From positions 128,001 through 192,000 of the forward strand of contig JAPDJH010000001.1 of NCBI GenBank assembly GCA_029259175.1: a stretch of DNA of 64,000 nt. Direction: 5' to 3'. Under the pieces are notes generated by a model. The model saw only the letters and a list, made by a program, of their open reading frames with translations. It was not told where the DNA came from and did no database searches. The position numbers and the translations under genes are program-made. Positions 18,580 through 27,630 of the stretch are shown piece by piece (the first letter of the stretch is position 1; each line of letters opens with the position of its first letter). This stretch comes from Hadesarchaea archaeon. GTDB taxonomy: Archaea; Hadarchaeota; Hadarchaeia; Hadarchaeales; Hadarchaeaceae.

Positions 18580-19257
18580 ATTTACTCTAAACAATCTTTT
18601 TTGAGCGAGCTGGTAGTATCTCTTATTTATTTCAAAACCGATAAACCGTCTTTTCAGTTGCTTACAAGCCACAGCAGTACTCCCGCTTCCGATGAAAGGA
18701 TCCAAAACCAAATCGCCTTCCTTAGAAAACATCCGTAAAATTTCTTTGATGAAGTGCTTGGGTTTAGGCGTTGGATGGTCTATAAACCCTTCGTCGGGTT
18801 CAACCAGCTTCCCCGGAGTATCAATGAAAAGATCTCTATTTCGGGAAATTATTTTTGGATTTCCTTTTTTGAAAACGAAACAAGACATATACTTGGTAAT
18901 ACCAATTGGAGATCTAACTGCTCCCTCAGGACAGTATAAAATAATTTGCCAAAAATATGTGAATGGATTGTGTTTGAACAAAGCAGGCAAAAATTTCGTG
19001 CTAAAAAATGTGATGAAAAAAGAGTTGTCTCTTAGCACCCTATAGCACTCGGGCAGAATTTTATAGAAAGTTGTCAAATTTTCGTCACTATAAACTCCTT
19101 CCTTACCAAGTCCGTAAGGTGGATCTGTAAGGATTAAATCTATTTTTCTGTTAGGTATTTTTTTGATCAGCTGGAGAGCATCGCCACAAATTATTTTATT
19201 AATGAAATCATCTGGAAACTTCAATTTCGAAATGTCATCGTTTCTTTGTGTGTCCAT
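18574..19257 (-). CDS. Class beta N4-C/N6-A DNA methyltransferase
   Basis: LILTDPPY precedes HPTPKP and VLDPFIGSGSTAVA. Confidence 0.9.
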   Translation of the reverse strand: MDTQRNDDISKLKFPDDFINKIICGDALQLIKKIPNRKIDLILTDPPYGLGKEGVYSDENLTTFYKILPECYRVLRDNSFFITFFSTKFLPALFKHNPFTYFWQIILYCPEGAVRSPIGITKYMSCFVFKKGNPKIISRNRDLFIDTPGKLVEPDEGFIDHPTPKPKHFIKEILRMFSKEGDLVLDPFIGSGSTAVACKQLKRRFIGFEINKRYYQLAQKRLFRVNL

Positions 19258-19688
19258 TTATCTCCCGATAAAATTCGGTTGGAGTTCCTTAAAAACAGAA
19301 AAACTGTTTTTATGTCGGGGAGCGAGTCTCTTTCTTTGATGGACTTCTCGGTAGCCTCCCAATCTGGTTTTCTTCCTTTTTCTATCTCAGCCACAGCGAA
19401 TACTGTATCCACTCCCACCGCGTTCACCTCCCGTAATCTCGCATTCTCTTCATTTCATAAAAATTTCCTGCCAGACTTTATCAATCGGAACGAGAGCTTC
19501 AAATATGACACATGGCAACCGAAATAGAAACCCCTCAATTACGACACGTCCAATACATAAGCCTTAGGTGAGTTTCCCAGCTTGGGAAAAATCTATTTCA
19601 AGAACGGTGCGGAGGCAGATTCATCTATGGCTCGACCACCACGTATTCTTGGACAGCAAACAGAAACGTCTATGTGGATTGGCGTTGT

Positions 19689-20267
19689 TTACTTAATTTT
19701 ACTCCATTTTCCAACATACCTTTCAGGATACATATGTAGATTCTTTTCAACTTTCAGACGGTATTTGGGAGGGATTTTTCTCTTGTATTCCTCATATGTA
19801 GGATAACGGCAGAGAAGACACGGATTGGTTTTTGGATGAGCAGCACCGAATTCCTTTCTTTTCCCCCTCCATATCATCTTCTTCACTTCTTCTCGCAACT
19901 CTCCGTGGGTGAATATTATGAATTCTTTCGGTTTGTGTCCTTCAAAAGTTACGAACACGCAATAATCAAATTTTTTCTGGATGATTTGCTTGCCAAGCCC
20001 AAAAGATGCATCAGCGTAGCCATCCTCATCAATCAACCCTGTTTTTACCTCCACTCTCTTCCCTTTATCTGGAAGATAAATGTCGGCGGATTTGTCTTCT
20101 CTTTCATCCAATATCTGAACTTTGTGCCCTCTCTTCAACAATTCAAGGGCGACTAAGTATTCCGCATATCTTTCCCTTAATTTTTTGTCAGAAATTTCAA
20201 CCTGATCCAAAATCCTCAACACTCTTTCAAGATATTTTACGATTAAACTCAGTTCCTTCTTTCTCAT
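19689..20267 (-). CDS. PD-(D/E)XK nuclease (putative REase)
   Basis: YAEYLVALELLKRG...ADIYL...RVEVKTG. Start ATG 20267. Confidence 0.7.
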   Translation of the reverse strand: MRKKELSLIVKYLERVLRILDQVEISDKKLRERYAEYLVALELLKRGHKVQILDEREDKSADIYLPDKGKRVEVKTGLIDEDGYADASFGLGKQIIQKKFDYCVFVTFEGHKPKEFIIFTHGELREEVKKMIWRGKRKEFGAAHPKTNPCLLCRYPTYEEYKRKIPPKYRLKVEKNLHMYPERYVGKWSKIK

Positions 20268-20668
20268 CGCCTTTACTTGTATTAGTGAGAAATAAATCTT
20301 CCCAAAATTTAGTATCCACCTGTCCACTCTAAGGAGGGTATGCCCCCTCCAAAATCCCGTGCCCTCTCTCCCTTTCAAGCCTCCTGATCTGATCGCCTCT
20401 GTGTTAAGACAGCCTCCTCGCAAAGCCTCGGCTTGGCTCAGCCCCCAAGCCCGGCTGTCTTGCGCTCAGCCCATTTTCAGGTAATTTTATGGGTACATGG
20501 GCTCCCGCAGTGTACAGGCGGATCCCAAATTCGCCCAAAAAGAAGCCCGTATAAACCTCCTTTTCCCCCTCTGCGTACTGGTGGAGCTGAAATTTAGGAG
20601 GCTAAAAATGGCGGTGAACTTTTCATTTTAACCCCAATGACGAATAAACATATCGGAGATGGGTTCGT

Positions 20669-21400
20669 ATGGGTTCGGCTCGGAGGTTAGAGGTCTCTTT
20701 CCCGATTGATACTGAAATGGCTGTGCGAACCGTTTTTGACAAGTTCCACGAAAAGTTAGGATATCCCAAGATACTTGAAAGCAGAGAAAAGTTTCCCGAC
20801 TACATTTTAGAAGATAGGAGAGGGAGAATAGTTCGTGCGGAAGCCAAACACTACGCCAGCGGAGCTAAAAGGTATAAAAAATTGGCTGAAAAGTGCGACT
20901 TGATAATATGCTGGTACGACGATTGGGGTGAGTGTCCCGTGCCCTGCTTGGAACTATGTAAGTATGTTAAAGCCAACCCGACCAAGGAAGTAATTGTTGT
21001 GCCCATCGGAAGGGGAAGAGAAAGACAATTAGATCCAGAAGTTGAGTGGCAAGTGATAAGAAAGAAGCACTTTTATCGATTACCATTTTGGGGGGGACCG
21101 AAGTATGAGGCAAAATACATCGCTTTCTATCACAGAGGAATTGAATACATAGCAAAACTAAAACTCCCATATGAAAAAACAACTTGGGGAAAAATTTACC
21201 GAGAAATTTATAGACTAACAAAAGATGAACGGTATAAACCAGAACCAGAATGGGAAAATGAACCCGCACTCAAATTGAAATTTGGTAGACTCATAAAAAT
21301 TAGAAAAATAGAGTTAAAGGGACCTTTTAGATTATGGCGTTACACTACTTTTGAAAAATTGTTGACGGCTAAAACGGTAGCTGAATTGACAGAAAAGTAA
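20669..21400 (+). CDS. PD-(D/E)XK nuclease fused to a C-terminal PUA-like domain
   Basis: FPDYIL...VRAEAK...CDLIICW; C-terminal half VIVVP..W..FYRLP..KYIAFY..IEYIAK. Confidence 0.65.
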   Translation: MGSARRLEVSFPIDTEMAVRTVFDKFHEKLGYPKILESREKFPDYILEDRRGRIVRAEAKHYASGAKRYKKLAEKCDLIICWYDDWGECPVPCLELCKYVKANPTKEVIVVPIGRGRERQLDPEVEWQVIRKKHFYRLPFWGGPKYEAKYIAFYHRGIEYIAKLKLPYEKTTWGKIYREIYRLTKDERYKPEPEWENEPALKLKFGRLIKIRKIELKGPFRLWRYTTFEKLLTAKTVAELTEK

Positions 21401-21402
21401 GG

Positions 21403-22143
21403 CTAATCTTCAACTATCGCAGCCCCACCCACCACCAAGTCCTGAGCCGCCGCGAACTCCTCCACGAGACTTGGCGGACAACGGGCTTCGCTGAGCAAAG
21501 CGAGTTTCGGCGTTAGCTTCCTCGCCACCACCCGCACCGAGTTCTCTCCCTTCTTCTTCCTCGCCACGGCTTTCGCATAGCCATCGGTTTCAAGCCTTCT
21601 CACTCGGTGTTCCCTTTTCGTGATGTGGGCGGGCAAATGCCACGAGGCTTTCACACTCGGGGAAGAAGGCTCAGCCCAGAGGCGGATGTAGGCACTCGGC
21701 ACCACCACGCAATCCAGAGGTGGCTCCAAACGCTTCAAATACCCATCTTTGACCACATACACCTTCCCGCCAATCCCCACGAACCGCCACCCCAACGGCT
21801 TCGCAAACCTCACCGCTTTGCCAGAAGGCTTGGTTTCCCCCATCAGTACCTCCAAAGGCACTTCGCAGTAAAGTTCAGCCTTCAGCCACTTTTGAAGTGA
21901 GAAAAAGTCCCTAACTCCCATCTCTATTTCTCGCTTGGCTCGTCTCAGGATCACCCGCCTTTCCGAGTGGTGTTCGTGCCTGATGCTTAGCCCCCCGACT
22001 TTGCTTTCCTCGTTCTCAAAGGGCAACTCAGCCAACGCCAGCCCTCTCGCAACCGTAAGCGGGATGGTCAGCCCGTATTTTTTGCCCTCTTGAACCAGCC
22101 GCACCAACCACCTCCGCCCCCGTTTAACGAACCAGAACCTCAT
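21403..22143 (-). CDS. Hypothetical basic protein
   Basis: 246-aa ORF overlapping the upstream ORF; no recognised motif. Confidence 0.55.
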   Translation of the reverse strand: MRFWFVKRGRRWLVRLVQEGKKYGLTIPLTVARGLALAELPFENEESKVGGLSIRHEHHSERRVILRRAKREIEMGVRDFFSLQKWLKAELYCEVPLEVLMGETKPSGKAVRFAKPLGWRFVGIGGKVYVVKDGYLKRLEPPLDCVVVPSAYIRLWAEPSSPSVKASWHLPAHITKREHRVRRLETDGYAKAVARKKKGENSVRVVARKLTPKLALLSEARCPPSLVEEFAAAQDLVVGGAAIVED

Positions 22144-22489
22144 CCCGCTCAGCCTCCGTGATTGGAATCCGCTGGTGAATGGGACAACGCTTGGCTTTCC
22201 CCTTCAGCAACTCCCCCAACATAGAAACCCATCCCATCGCCTCAACCCCTTCGCCCCGTGCCACGACATAGAAGTGGTTTCCATTCCGAGAGAGGGCGAT
22301 GTAACCGACTGGCTCCTTTTCATCCTCGCCGTTTTTCACGAGCACGACATAGTGCTTTTTGCCCCACACCATTTCCTCAAGCGCCGCGAGTTTACAAAAC
22401 GCCTTGAGTTTCCTCGCCGCGACAAACGCCCCACCGTTGGAGTTGCGGATGAGGTAGCCGATGACTCTGCCCGCCCTAAACCTCGCCAT
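22124..22489 (-). CDS. Hypothetical beta-rich protein
   Basis: 121-aa ORF, GGTGA RBS; internal GY(L/I)xxxxNG duplication. Confidence 0.55.
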   Translation of the reverse strand: MARFRAGRVIGYLIRNSNGGAFVAARKLKAFCKLAALEEMVWGKKHYVVLVKNGEDEKEPVGYIALSRNGNHFYVVARGEGVEAMGWVSMLGELLKGKAKRCPIHQRIPITEAERDEVLVR

Positions 22490-22523
22490 TCACCACTGTA
22501 CAGGCGGGAGGCATATAAGGTGG

Positions 22524-23288
22524 TTATCGGATCGTGTCTAAATTCTGAATAATCAACTGGAAAGAATTATGACCTATAAACCAAGCTCCCTCGTTGAATT
22601 TGATGGGCGAAACCTTAGCCTCCAGACACTCCTTCACAATTTTTTCTCTAATCTCGTGTTCTTTGTCGTTGTCTTCTACTATCCCAATCTTGGCGGCGAC
22701 CCTTCTCACCCAAGTATCAATCGGTTGAAAAAATTTCATATCTTCTATGCGGATTTTTCCCTCTCTCTCCAAGGAATATACCGTGGCTACATCCCTAAGA
22801 TAAATTGAGGCGATTTTCGGACCAACCGAATGGATCCTATCCAACTCCTTATAATGTTCTTCTACTTCCCCACGCTCAATTTTTGAAATGGTGTACTCCA
22901 CCAAACTCCCTTTATCTACGACCTCTCCCCTTGAAGCGAATTGTATGATTTCAACCGTCATTTGGATGTCTCTTCCCCTTCCAACTCTCCCTTTCCCAAT
23001 TACTTGTCTAAGCTCGTTTCTTATTCTTTGAAGTTCTCCATCTGTTACTCCTATAGTTTGGGGTGTAATGTGTTGCTTTAAAACATTCATCGCTCGCCTC
23101 TCAACTTTCTCTGAGATCGCGTCTCTGCGCCCCTGATAGAAAGAGCGTCTTAAAAGGAATTGAAGCCCTCCCCACCAATTCCTGCGTATCAAATCTCTGT
23201 TTTCAAAATCTCTTCCCAAATATTCCCCTTCATAACGGTTGCCGAAGTCTGCTATTTTTCTGATTTTGATTATTTTTTCCTGCTCCAT
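22524..23288 (-). CDS. HhH-GPD superfamily DNA glycosylase-like protein without Fe-S cluster
   Basis: LDRIHSVGPKIASIYLRD (HhH motif) and QPIDTWVRRV (catalytic Asp). Confidence 0.7.
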   Translation of the reverse strand: MEQEKIIKIRKIADFGNRYEGEYLGRDFENRDLIRRNWWGGLQFLLRRSFYQGRRDAISEKVERRAMNVLKQHITPQTIGVTDGELQRIRNELRQVIGKGRVGRGRDIQMTVEIIQFASRGEVVDKGSLVEYTISKIERGEVEEHYKELDRIHSVGPKIASIYLRDVATVYSLEREGKIRIEDMKFFQPIDTWVRRVAAKIGIVEDNDKEHEIREKIVKECLEAKVSPIKFNEGAWFIGHNSFQLIIQNLDTIR

Positions 23289-23430
23289 CTGATTTTTCTC
23301 TAACCTGACTCCTATTTATCTCGCTCTCGTAAGAACAAGTTTTGCTGGGATTTCGCCGTTCTCTATCATAATATTGGAAAATTTTTCGGTGTCGTGATCG
23401 CATTAATACTAATTCCGACCTTTCTTTACT

Positions 23431-23850
23431 GTGAGCCAAACCCACGCCCAGAGCACGGGTGTAAAGAGGGATTATCTTCCTCGTCCTGAATACCTACGAA
23501 AAAAGAGCTTGTGGGACTGGTTACGAGCCTGTGGCGTCCGTCCGCAGTTCATCGGGGCTATTGGTTTCTTTCTCAAGGTCTACCAACGCGCTAAACGCTT
23601 GGGGCTTCTTCCGTGCTTCACCTATCAGGATGTTGATGAACGCTTTCTCTCAATTTGCGCAAATTTGAATATGAAGCGGGAGACGGCTCGGCGTTTCGTG
23701 CGGTGGTGCTGTAGGCGCGGCTTGATTTATCTCGTCCCTGGAAGCCGCGAGAAGCTTGGCTACCACCTTTTTCTGGTAAGAGACGACACCTTCAACTTCC
23801 TGTTGGAATTGTGTCGATACGCAAAGCTCTTCAAGGAGGCGAGGCGATGA
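23431..23850 (+). CDS. Hypothetical protein, probable winged HTH
   Basis: NMKRETARRFVRWCCRRGLIYL. Confidence 0.5.
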   Translation: MSQTHAQSTGVKRDYLPRPEYLRKKSLWDWLRACGVRPQFIGAIGFFLKVYQRAKRLGLLPCFTYQDVDERFLSICANLNMKRETARRFVRWCCRRGLIYLVPGSREKLGYHLFLVRDDTFNFLLELCRYAKLFKEARR

Positions 23851-24518
23851 AGCGGGAAAGTCCTATCGAAGAATTCAGGCAGCGCCTTACGAAACAAATC
23901 CAAAAACTGCCCGACCCGTTTTGGTACACGCTCGCGGTGGGTGCGATCGGCTTTGGTCTCTTTTTGTTCTGGGATGTCCGGGTGATTGAGAGAACTTTTT
24001 CTAACTTGGTCGTAATCTACTTTATTTCCATCAGCACCGCTATCGCTTTGCTGAGCGCGTATGGTTCACGCGTGTATGCCGTGTGGCATAAAATCAAGGA
24101 TGAGTTGGACGCGTTCGCGGTCGTTTTCCCGCGGCGAGTGTGGGAAGATGCCGTTGCCTCCCGCGAACTCTCGCGCCTCTTAGGGGATCTCCACCATCGG
24201 CTCCGCCAACTCTATCCTGAAGCTCCAGAAACCCGCGTCGCTACTTTCTTGGCTGAGTTCGGAAAAGAAGCGGAGCGAATTTACAGAGAGCACGAGAGCG
24301 ACTTGGTCCGCCACGAAGCTCTCAAGCTCGCTTTCGAGAACCTAAGCAAGAAATACAGGATCCCCGTCGTGCTGAACATCCGTAAGGCAGAAACATACCC
24401 ACACCTCGGCGGCGCCTTCTGGCTCTTCGACATTCACCGCTTAGACGCCGACGAAGTGGGCCTGCTTAAACAAATCAAAGAGAGCATGCGAGTGTGGGGA
24501 GCAAAAAGAGAGGCATAA
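23847..24518 (+). CDS. Membrane protein, 2 N-terminal TM helices
   Basis: Hydrophobic segments FWYTLAVGAIGFGLFLFW and LVVIYFISISTAIALLSAY; ATGA overlap with the upstream gene. Confidence 0.65.
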   Translation: MKRESPIEEFRQRLTKQIQKLPDPFWYTLAVGAIGFGLFLFWDVRVIERTFSNLVVIYFISISTAIALLSAYGSRVYAVWHKIKDELDAFAVVFPRRVWEDAVASRELSRLLGDLHHRLRQLYPEAPETRVATFLAEFGKEAERIYREHESDLVRHEALKLAFENLSKKYRIPVVLNIRKAETYPHLGGAFWLFDIHRLDADEVGLLKQIKESMRVWGAKREA

Positions 24519-24525
24519 CCGCTTA

Positions 24526-25257
24526 CTATTCCTTTTCCTCTGGTTCTCTTTTTGGAAATTCGAATAAGGCAGGTTTCTTCGTTATCGGGAATGCGCCCGC
24601 CGACTCTCTTAAAGCCCAAACAGCTGCCGATGTCAGCGGATCTACTTTAAACAGGAGAAGCTCCTTCCACTCTCGTAAGCAATCTAAGAGTTGTTGTAGC
24701 TCCGAGTTTTCGGCTTTTTCTGGTAGTTCCACATAGAGTAGTGCGTTTTCAAATTTCATGAAAACCTCAGACAACGAATAATTGAGTTTCCTTCGCTTGC
24801 TTTTTTCCTTTCCTAGAGAAGACAGCAGGGCTTCATGTCTATTGACGATTTCCCTAAGGTAGCGGCTTACAAGTTCGTGAAATAGTTTATTCTTACACAA
24901 CTCGCTGAACTTCTTCTCAACAAGAGGTCGCCGTCTGCTCCCAAGAATAACATAAAGGGCGGGGGGCATGAAAAGGGAGGGATCCCCTTGGCTCAGGAAA
25001 AATTTACAGAATTTGCCCCAGTTTATTTCGTAGTGCTGGTGTTTGCCGATCTTCTTACTGAGCCTCACAACCCCTAACTTTCTCAATTTATGTAAATATT
25101 CGATCACGGTGGGCGGCTTGACCCCCATGGTTTCCGCGATATCTTTCGGGGTGGTTCTGCCCGCGCTCAGGTAGAGAAGCACATTTGATATGCCCACGCT
25201 CCTCGACGGGGACCTGATACTCCGCTGGAACTCATCCATCGGCATCCGATAGTACAT
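24526..25257 (-). CDS. ArsR-type wHTH transcriptional regulator with extended C-terminus
   Basis: TPKDIAETMGVKPPTVIEYLHKLRKLGVV. Confidence 0.8.
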   Translation of the reverse strand: MYYRMPMDEFQRSIRSPSRSVGISNVLLYLSAGRTTPKDIAETMGVKPPTVIEYLHKLRKLGVVRLSKKIGKHQHYEINWGKFCKFFLSQGDPSLFMPPALYVILGSRRRPLVEKKFSELCKNKLFHELVSRYLREIVNRHEALLSSLGKEKSKRRKLNYSLSEVFMKFENALLYVELPEKAENSELQQLLDCLREWKELLLFKVDPLTSAAVWALRESAGAFPITKKPALFEFPKREPEEKE

Positions 25258-25277
25258 CCGTTCACTTGCTTATAAGT

Positions 25278-25359
25278 GTTAGGGCATGCCAAACAGTTAG
25301 AGAAAATTAAACGATTAGGGTTAACCGAAACATTTAAATACCATTAGGTTTAACCTAAT
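25278..25359. promoter_or_regulatory. Three related palindromic operators in the divergent regulator/parB promoter
   Basis: ATTAGGTT-T-AACCTAAT (25343-25359, perfect), ATTAGGGTTAACCGAAA (25314-25330), GTTAGGGCATGCCAAAC (25278-25294); TATA TTTAAATA at 25333-25340. Confidence 0.7.
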
Positions 25360-25360
25360 T

Positions 25361-26179
25361 ATGGTGAGAGCACGAGAAACAAACAGCTGGGTCATAGGCT
25401 TGGGAGAAAAGTTCAAGTTCATCGACTTCAAACAAATCCCGCTCGCGGACATCCAGCCGAACCCCCATCCGCTCCGCGAGCACAGCTCTGGGTGGTTGCG
25501 CAGATTCACGAAACACTTGAAGCGCTTCGGTGTGGTGGTGGAACCACTAATCGTCACGCGCAACGGCGGAAGGAAATACACCATCGTCGCTGGGATGGGG
25601 CGCTACCTAGCAGCCAAGAGAGCAGGACTGAAGTCGCTTCCGGCAATTGTCGTGGAAATTGACGAAAAAACGGGCTACGTCCTTTCCCTAATCGAGAACC
25701 TGATAAGAAACGGCTTGAACCCAATCGACGAAGCGAGAGCTTATAAACAGTTGATGGAGTGGGGGTGGACTCAGGAGCAAATAGGTTATCTCATCGGAAA
25801 AGATCAGTCGTATGTTTCTCACAGAATTGGTTTGTTAAAGCTCCACCCAGAAGTCCAGCAAATGGTTAAGGAAGGCTACGAAGTCAGCAAAGCGGAAATC
25901 CTCTGCACAGTAAAAAACAAGGAACTACAACTCGAACTCGCCAGAAAGTCCGTGAACTGGAACTGTAACAGGCTCAGCGAAGAAGTCCGCAAACTTCAGA
26001 ATGGGGGAGTGAAGCAAACCCCAAAACCAAAACCCTACGAATGCGAGTTTAAGAAAGCGGTTGACGCCCTCGTGGAAGCCGCCGTCCAGCGGAACCTGGA
26101 AGGGGACTGCGAGAGGTGCCCCATCCGAGAGAAGTGCCCCGAGGTGGTGAATTTCGTGAGGAGGTTGTTCCAATGGTAG
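25361..26179 (+). CDS. parB: ParB/Spo0J-family protein with C-terminal CxxC
   Basis: IQPNPHPLR, EPLIV, IVAGMGRYLA, IENLIRNGLNPIDEA, WTQEQIGYLIGKDQSYVS. Confidence 0.85.
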   Translation: MVRARETNSWVIGLGEKFKFIDFKQIPLADIQPNPHPLREHSSGWLRRFTKHLKRFGVVVEPLIVTRNGGRKYTIVAGMGRYLAAKRAGLKSLPAIVVEIDEKTGYVLSLIENLIRNGLNPIDEARAYKQLMEWGWTQEQIGYLIGKDQSYVSHRIGLLKLHPEVQQMVKEGYEVSKAEILCTVKNKELQLELARKSVNWNCNRLSEEVRKLQNGGVKQTPKPKPYECEFKKAVDALVEAAVQRNLEGDCERCPIREKCPEVVNFVRRLFQW

Positions 26180-27630
26180 GAGGAAAGAAATTCAAGAAGG
26201 TGGAAGGCTACGACGAGCCGCTGGAAATTTGGGAACTACCGAAGATGAGCCCGAAAAAACAACGGGAGCACTATGTCCCCGAGAGTTTTGAACACCGAGC
26301 GAGAATGGATGTGCTACTATGCCGAAAAATCATCGAGGAATACACGGAGCCTGGGGAACTCATCTTAGATCCGATGGCTGGAATAGGTACAACCTTGGTT
26401 GAGGGAGCCTTGCTAAATCATGATGTCATCGGTGTGGAGCTTGAGAAAAAATATGTGGAGATCACAAAAAAGAACATAGAGAAGTTAGAACGATATAGGA
26501 CTCTCGCCCCGAAAGGCAAAGCCATCATAATCCACGGGGACAGTCGCCATCTCTCGCAAATACTCGCCGAGAAAGTGGACTCGGCGGTGTTTTCGCCTCC
26601 GTATTTCATCCCCGTTGGAAAAGTCACTGAAGGTACCCTGCTCTGGAGAATAATGAATGGGAAGGGGCGTTACAAAGACACCATAGGGGGGACGAAGAGC
26701 TATGTGCCTTTCACCCAACATCCAGACAACATCCACAAGTTACGGAGATATGGAAATGTAGATAGCATAGTTAGTAGCCCGCCCTACGGCACTGAGGGGT
26801 TCGCTTCCAAGGATAAGAACCGCACCACCTACTTCCGACAGCTCGGTGCGAAGGTGGGCAAGTACACACGGAAAGATGCTTACAAAAGTCCACACAACAT
26901 TGCCAACTTGAAGTATGTAGAAATAGAAGCAATCGTTTGCTCTCCTCCCTACGGGGACTCGGTGAAAAACAGTGATGATCCAGAGAGGTTAGCCCGAGCG
27001 ATGGAGAGACGCGGCTGGGGCAACCATCACACGCCTGGGCGATTGCGCGGGCTGAAGGTGATATGTAGCGGCTACTCCGATAACAAAGACAACATCGGGA
27101 ACCTCCCCTATGGTAAAATCGGGGCTATCCTTAGCTCGCCACCATACTCTGAAGGCATCGGACACCAAGCGAAGAAGAAAGGTGGAAAGTACTGGCGCTA
27201 CCGCGAGCTAAATCTGCTATACACGGGTTGCTTGAGCAAGGACAATATTGCGAGGCTCAAGCATGGAGATGTCAACTCCGTGATAAAGGAGGAGAAGGAG
27301 CGAAAAAAGCAACAGGAAACATATCTTGAAGCAATGTACAAAATCTACTGCGAGTGCTTTAAAGTTCTCAAACCTGGAGGGAAAATGGTTTTGGTTGTTC
27401 GCCCCTTCTATAAAAACAAAAAGTTAATCCGCCTTGACTTGGACACTCGGAAACTATGCGAACTTGCTGGCTTTCGCTTCCTGGAGGCGAAACTCGTTCC
27501 GGCAAACAAATCGGTTTGGCGCCACATTTACGAGAAGAAGAACCCCAAAGCGAAGAAATCTCTCGTCAACTACGAGTTTGTCCTCGTGTTTGAGAAGCCA
27601 GCGGAAAGGGAGGTGGGCGGAAATGGCTGA
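26173..27630 (+). CDS. N4-C/N6-A DNA methyltransferase with four tandem SPPY modules
   Basis: ILDPMAGIGTT, GVELE, HGDSR, SPPY x4, YLEAM...FKVLKPGG. Start ATG 26173. Confidence 0.85.
   Translation: MVGGKKFKKVEGYDEPLEIWELPKMSPKKQREHYVPESFEHRARMDVLLCRKIIEEYTEPGELILDPMAGIGTTLVEGALLNHDVIGVELEKKYVEITKKNIEKLERYRTLAPKGKAIIIHGDSRHLSQILAEKVDSAVFSPPYFIPVGKVTEGTLLWRIMNGKGRYKDTIGGTKSYVPFTQHPDNIHKLRRYGNVDSIVSSPPYGTEGFASKDKNRTTYFRQLGAKVGKYTRKDAYKSPHNIANLKYVEIEAIVCSPPYGDSVKNSDDPERLARAMERRGWGNHHTPGRLRGLKVICSGYSDNKDNIGNLPYGKIGAILSSPPYSEGIGHQAKKKGGKYWRYRELNLLYTGCLSKDNIARLKHGDVNSVIKEEKERKKQQETYLEAMYKIYCECFKVLKPGGKMVLVVRPFYKNKKLIRLDLDTRKLCELAGFRFLEAKLVPANKSVWRHIYEKKNPKAKKSLVNYEFVLVFEKPAEREVGGNG
26572..27267 (+). 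repeat. Four intragenic protein-level repeats (~51-65 aa)
   Basis: Unit: (V/I)(D/E/G)(S/A)xxxSPPY-variable loop-(D/H)NIxxL(K/P/R)xG. SPPY codons start at 26593, 26776, 26941 and 27136. Confidence 0.9.

Noticed and set aside
19221-19680. Small ORFs between the MTase and the nuclease as a C (controller) protein
   Set aside because: No HTH signature; they look like gene fragments.
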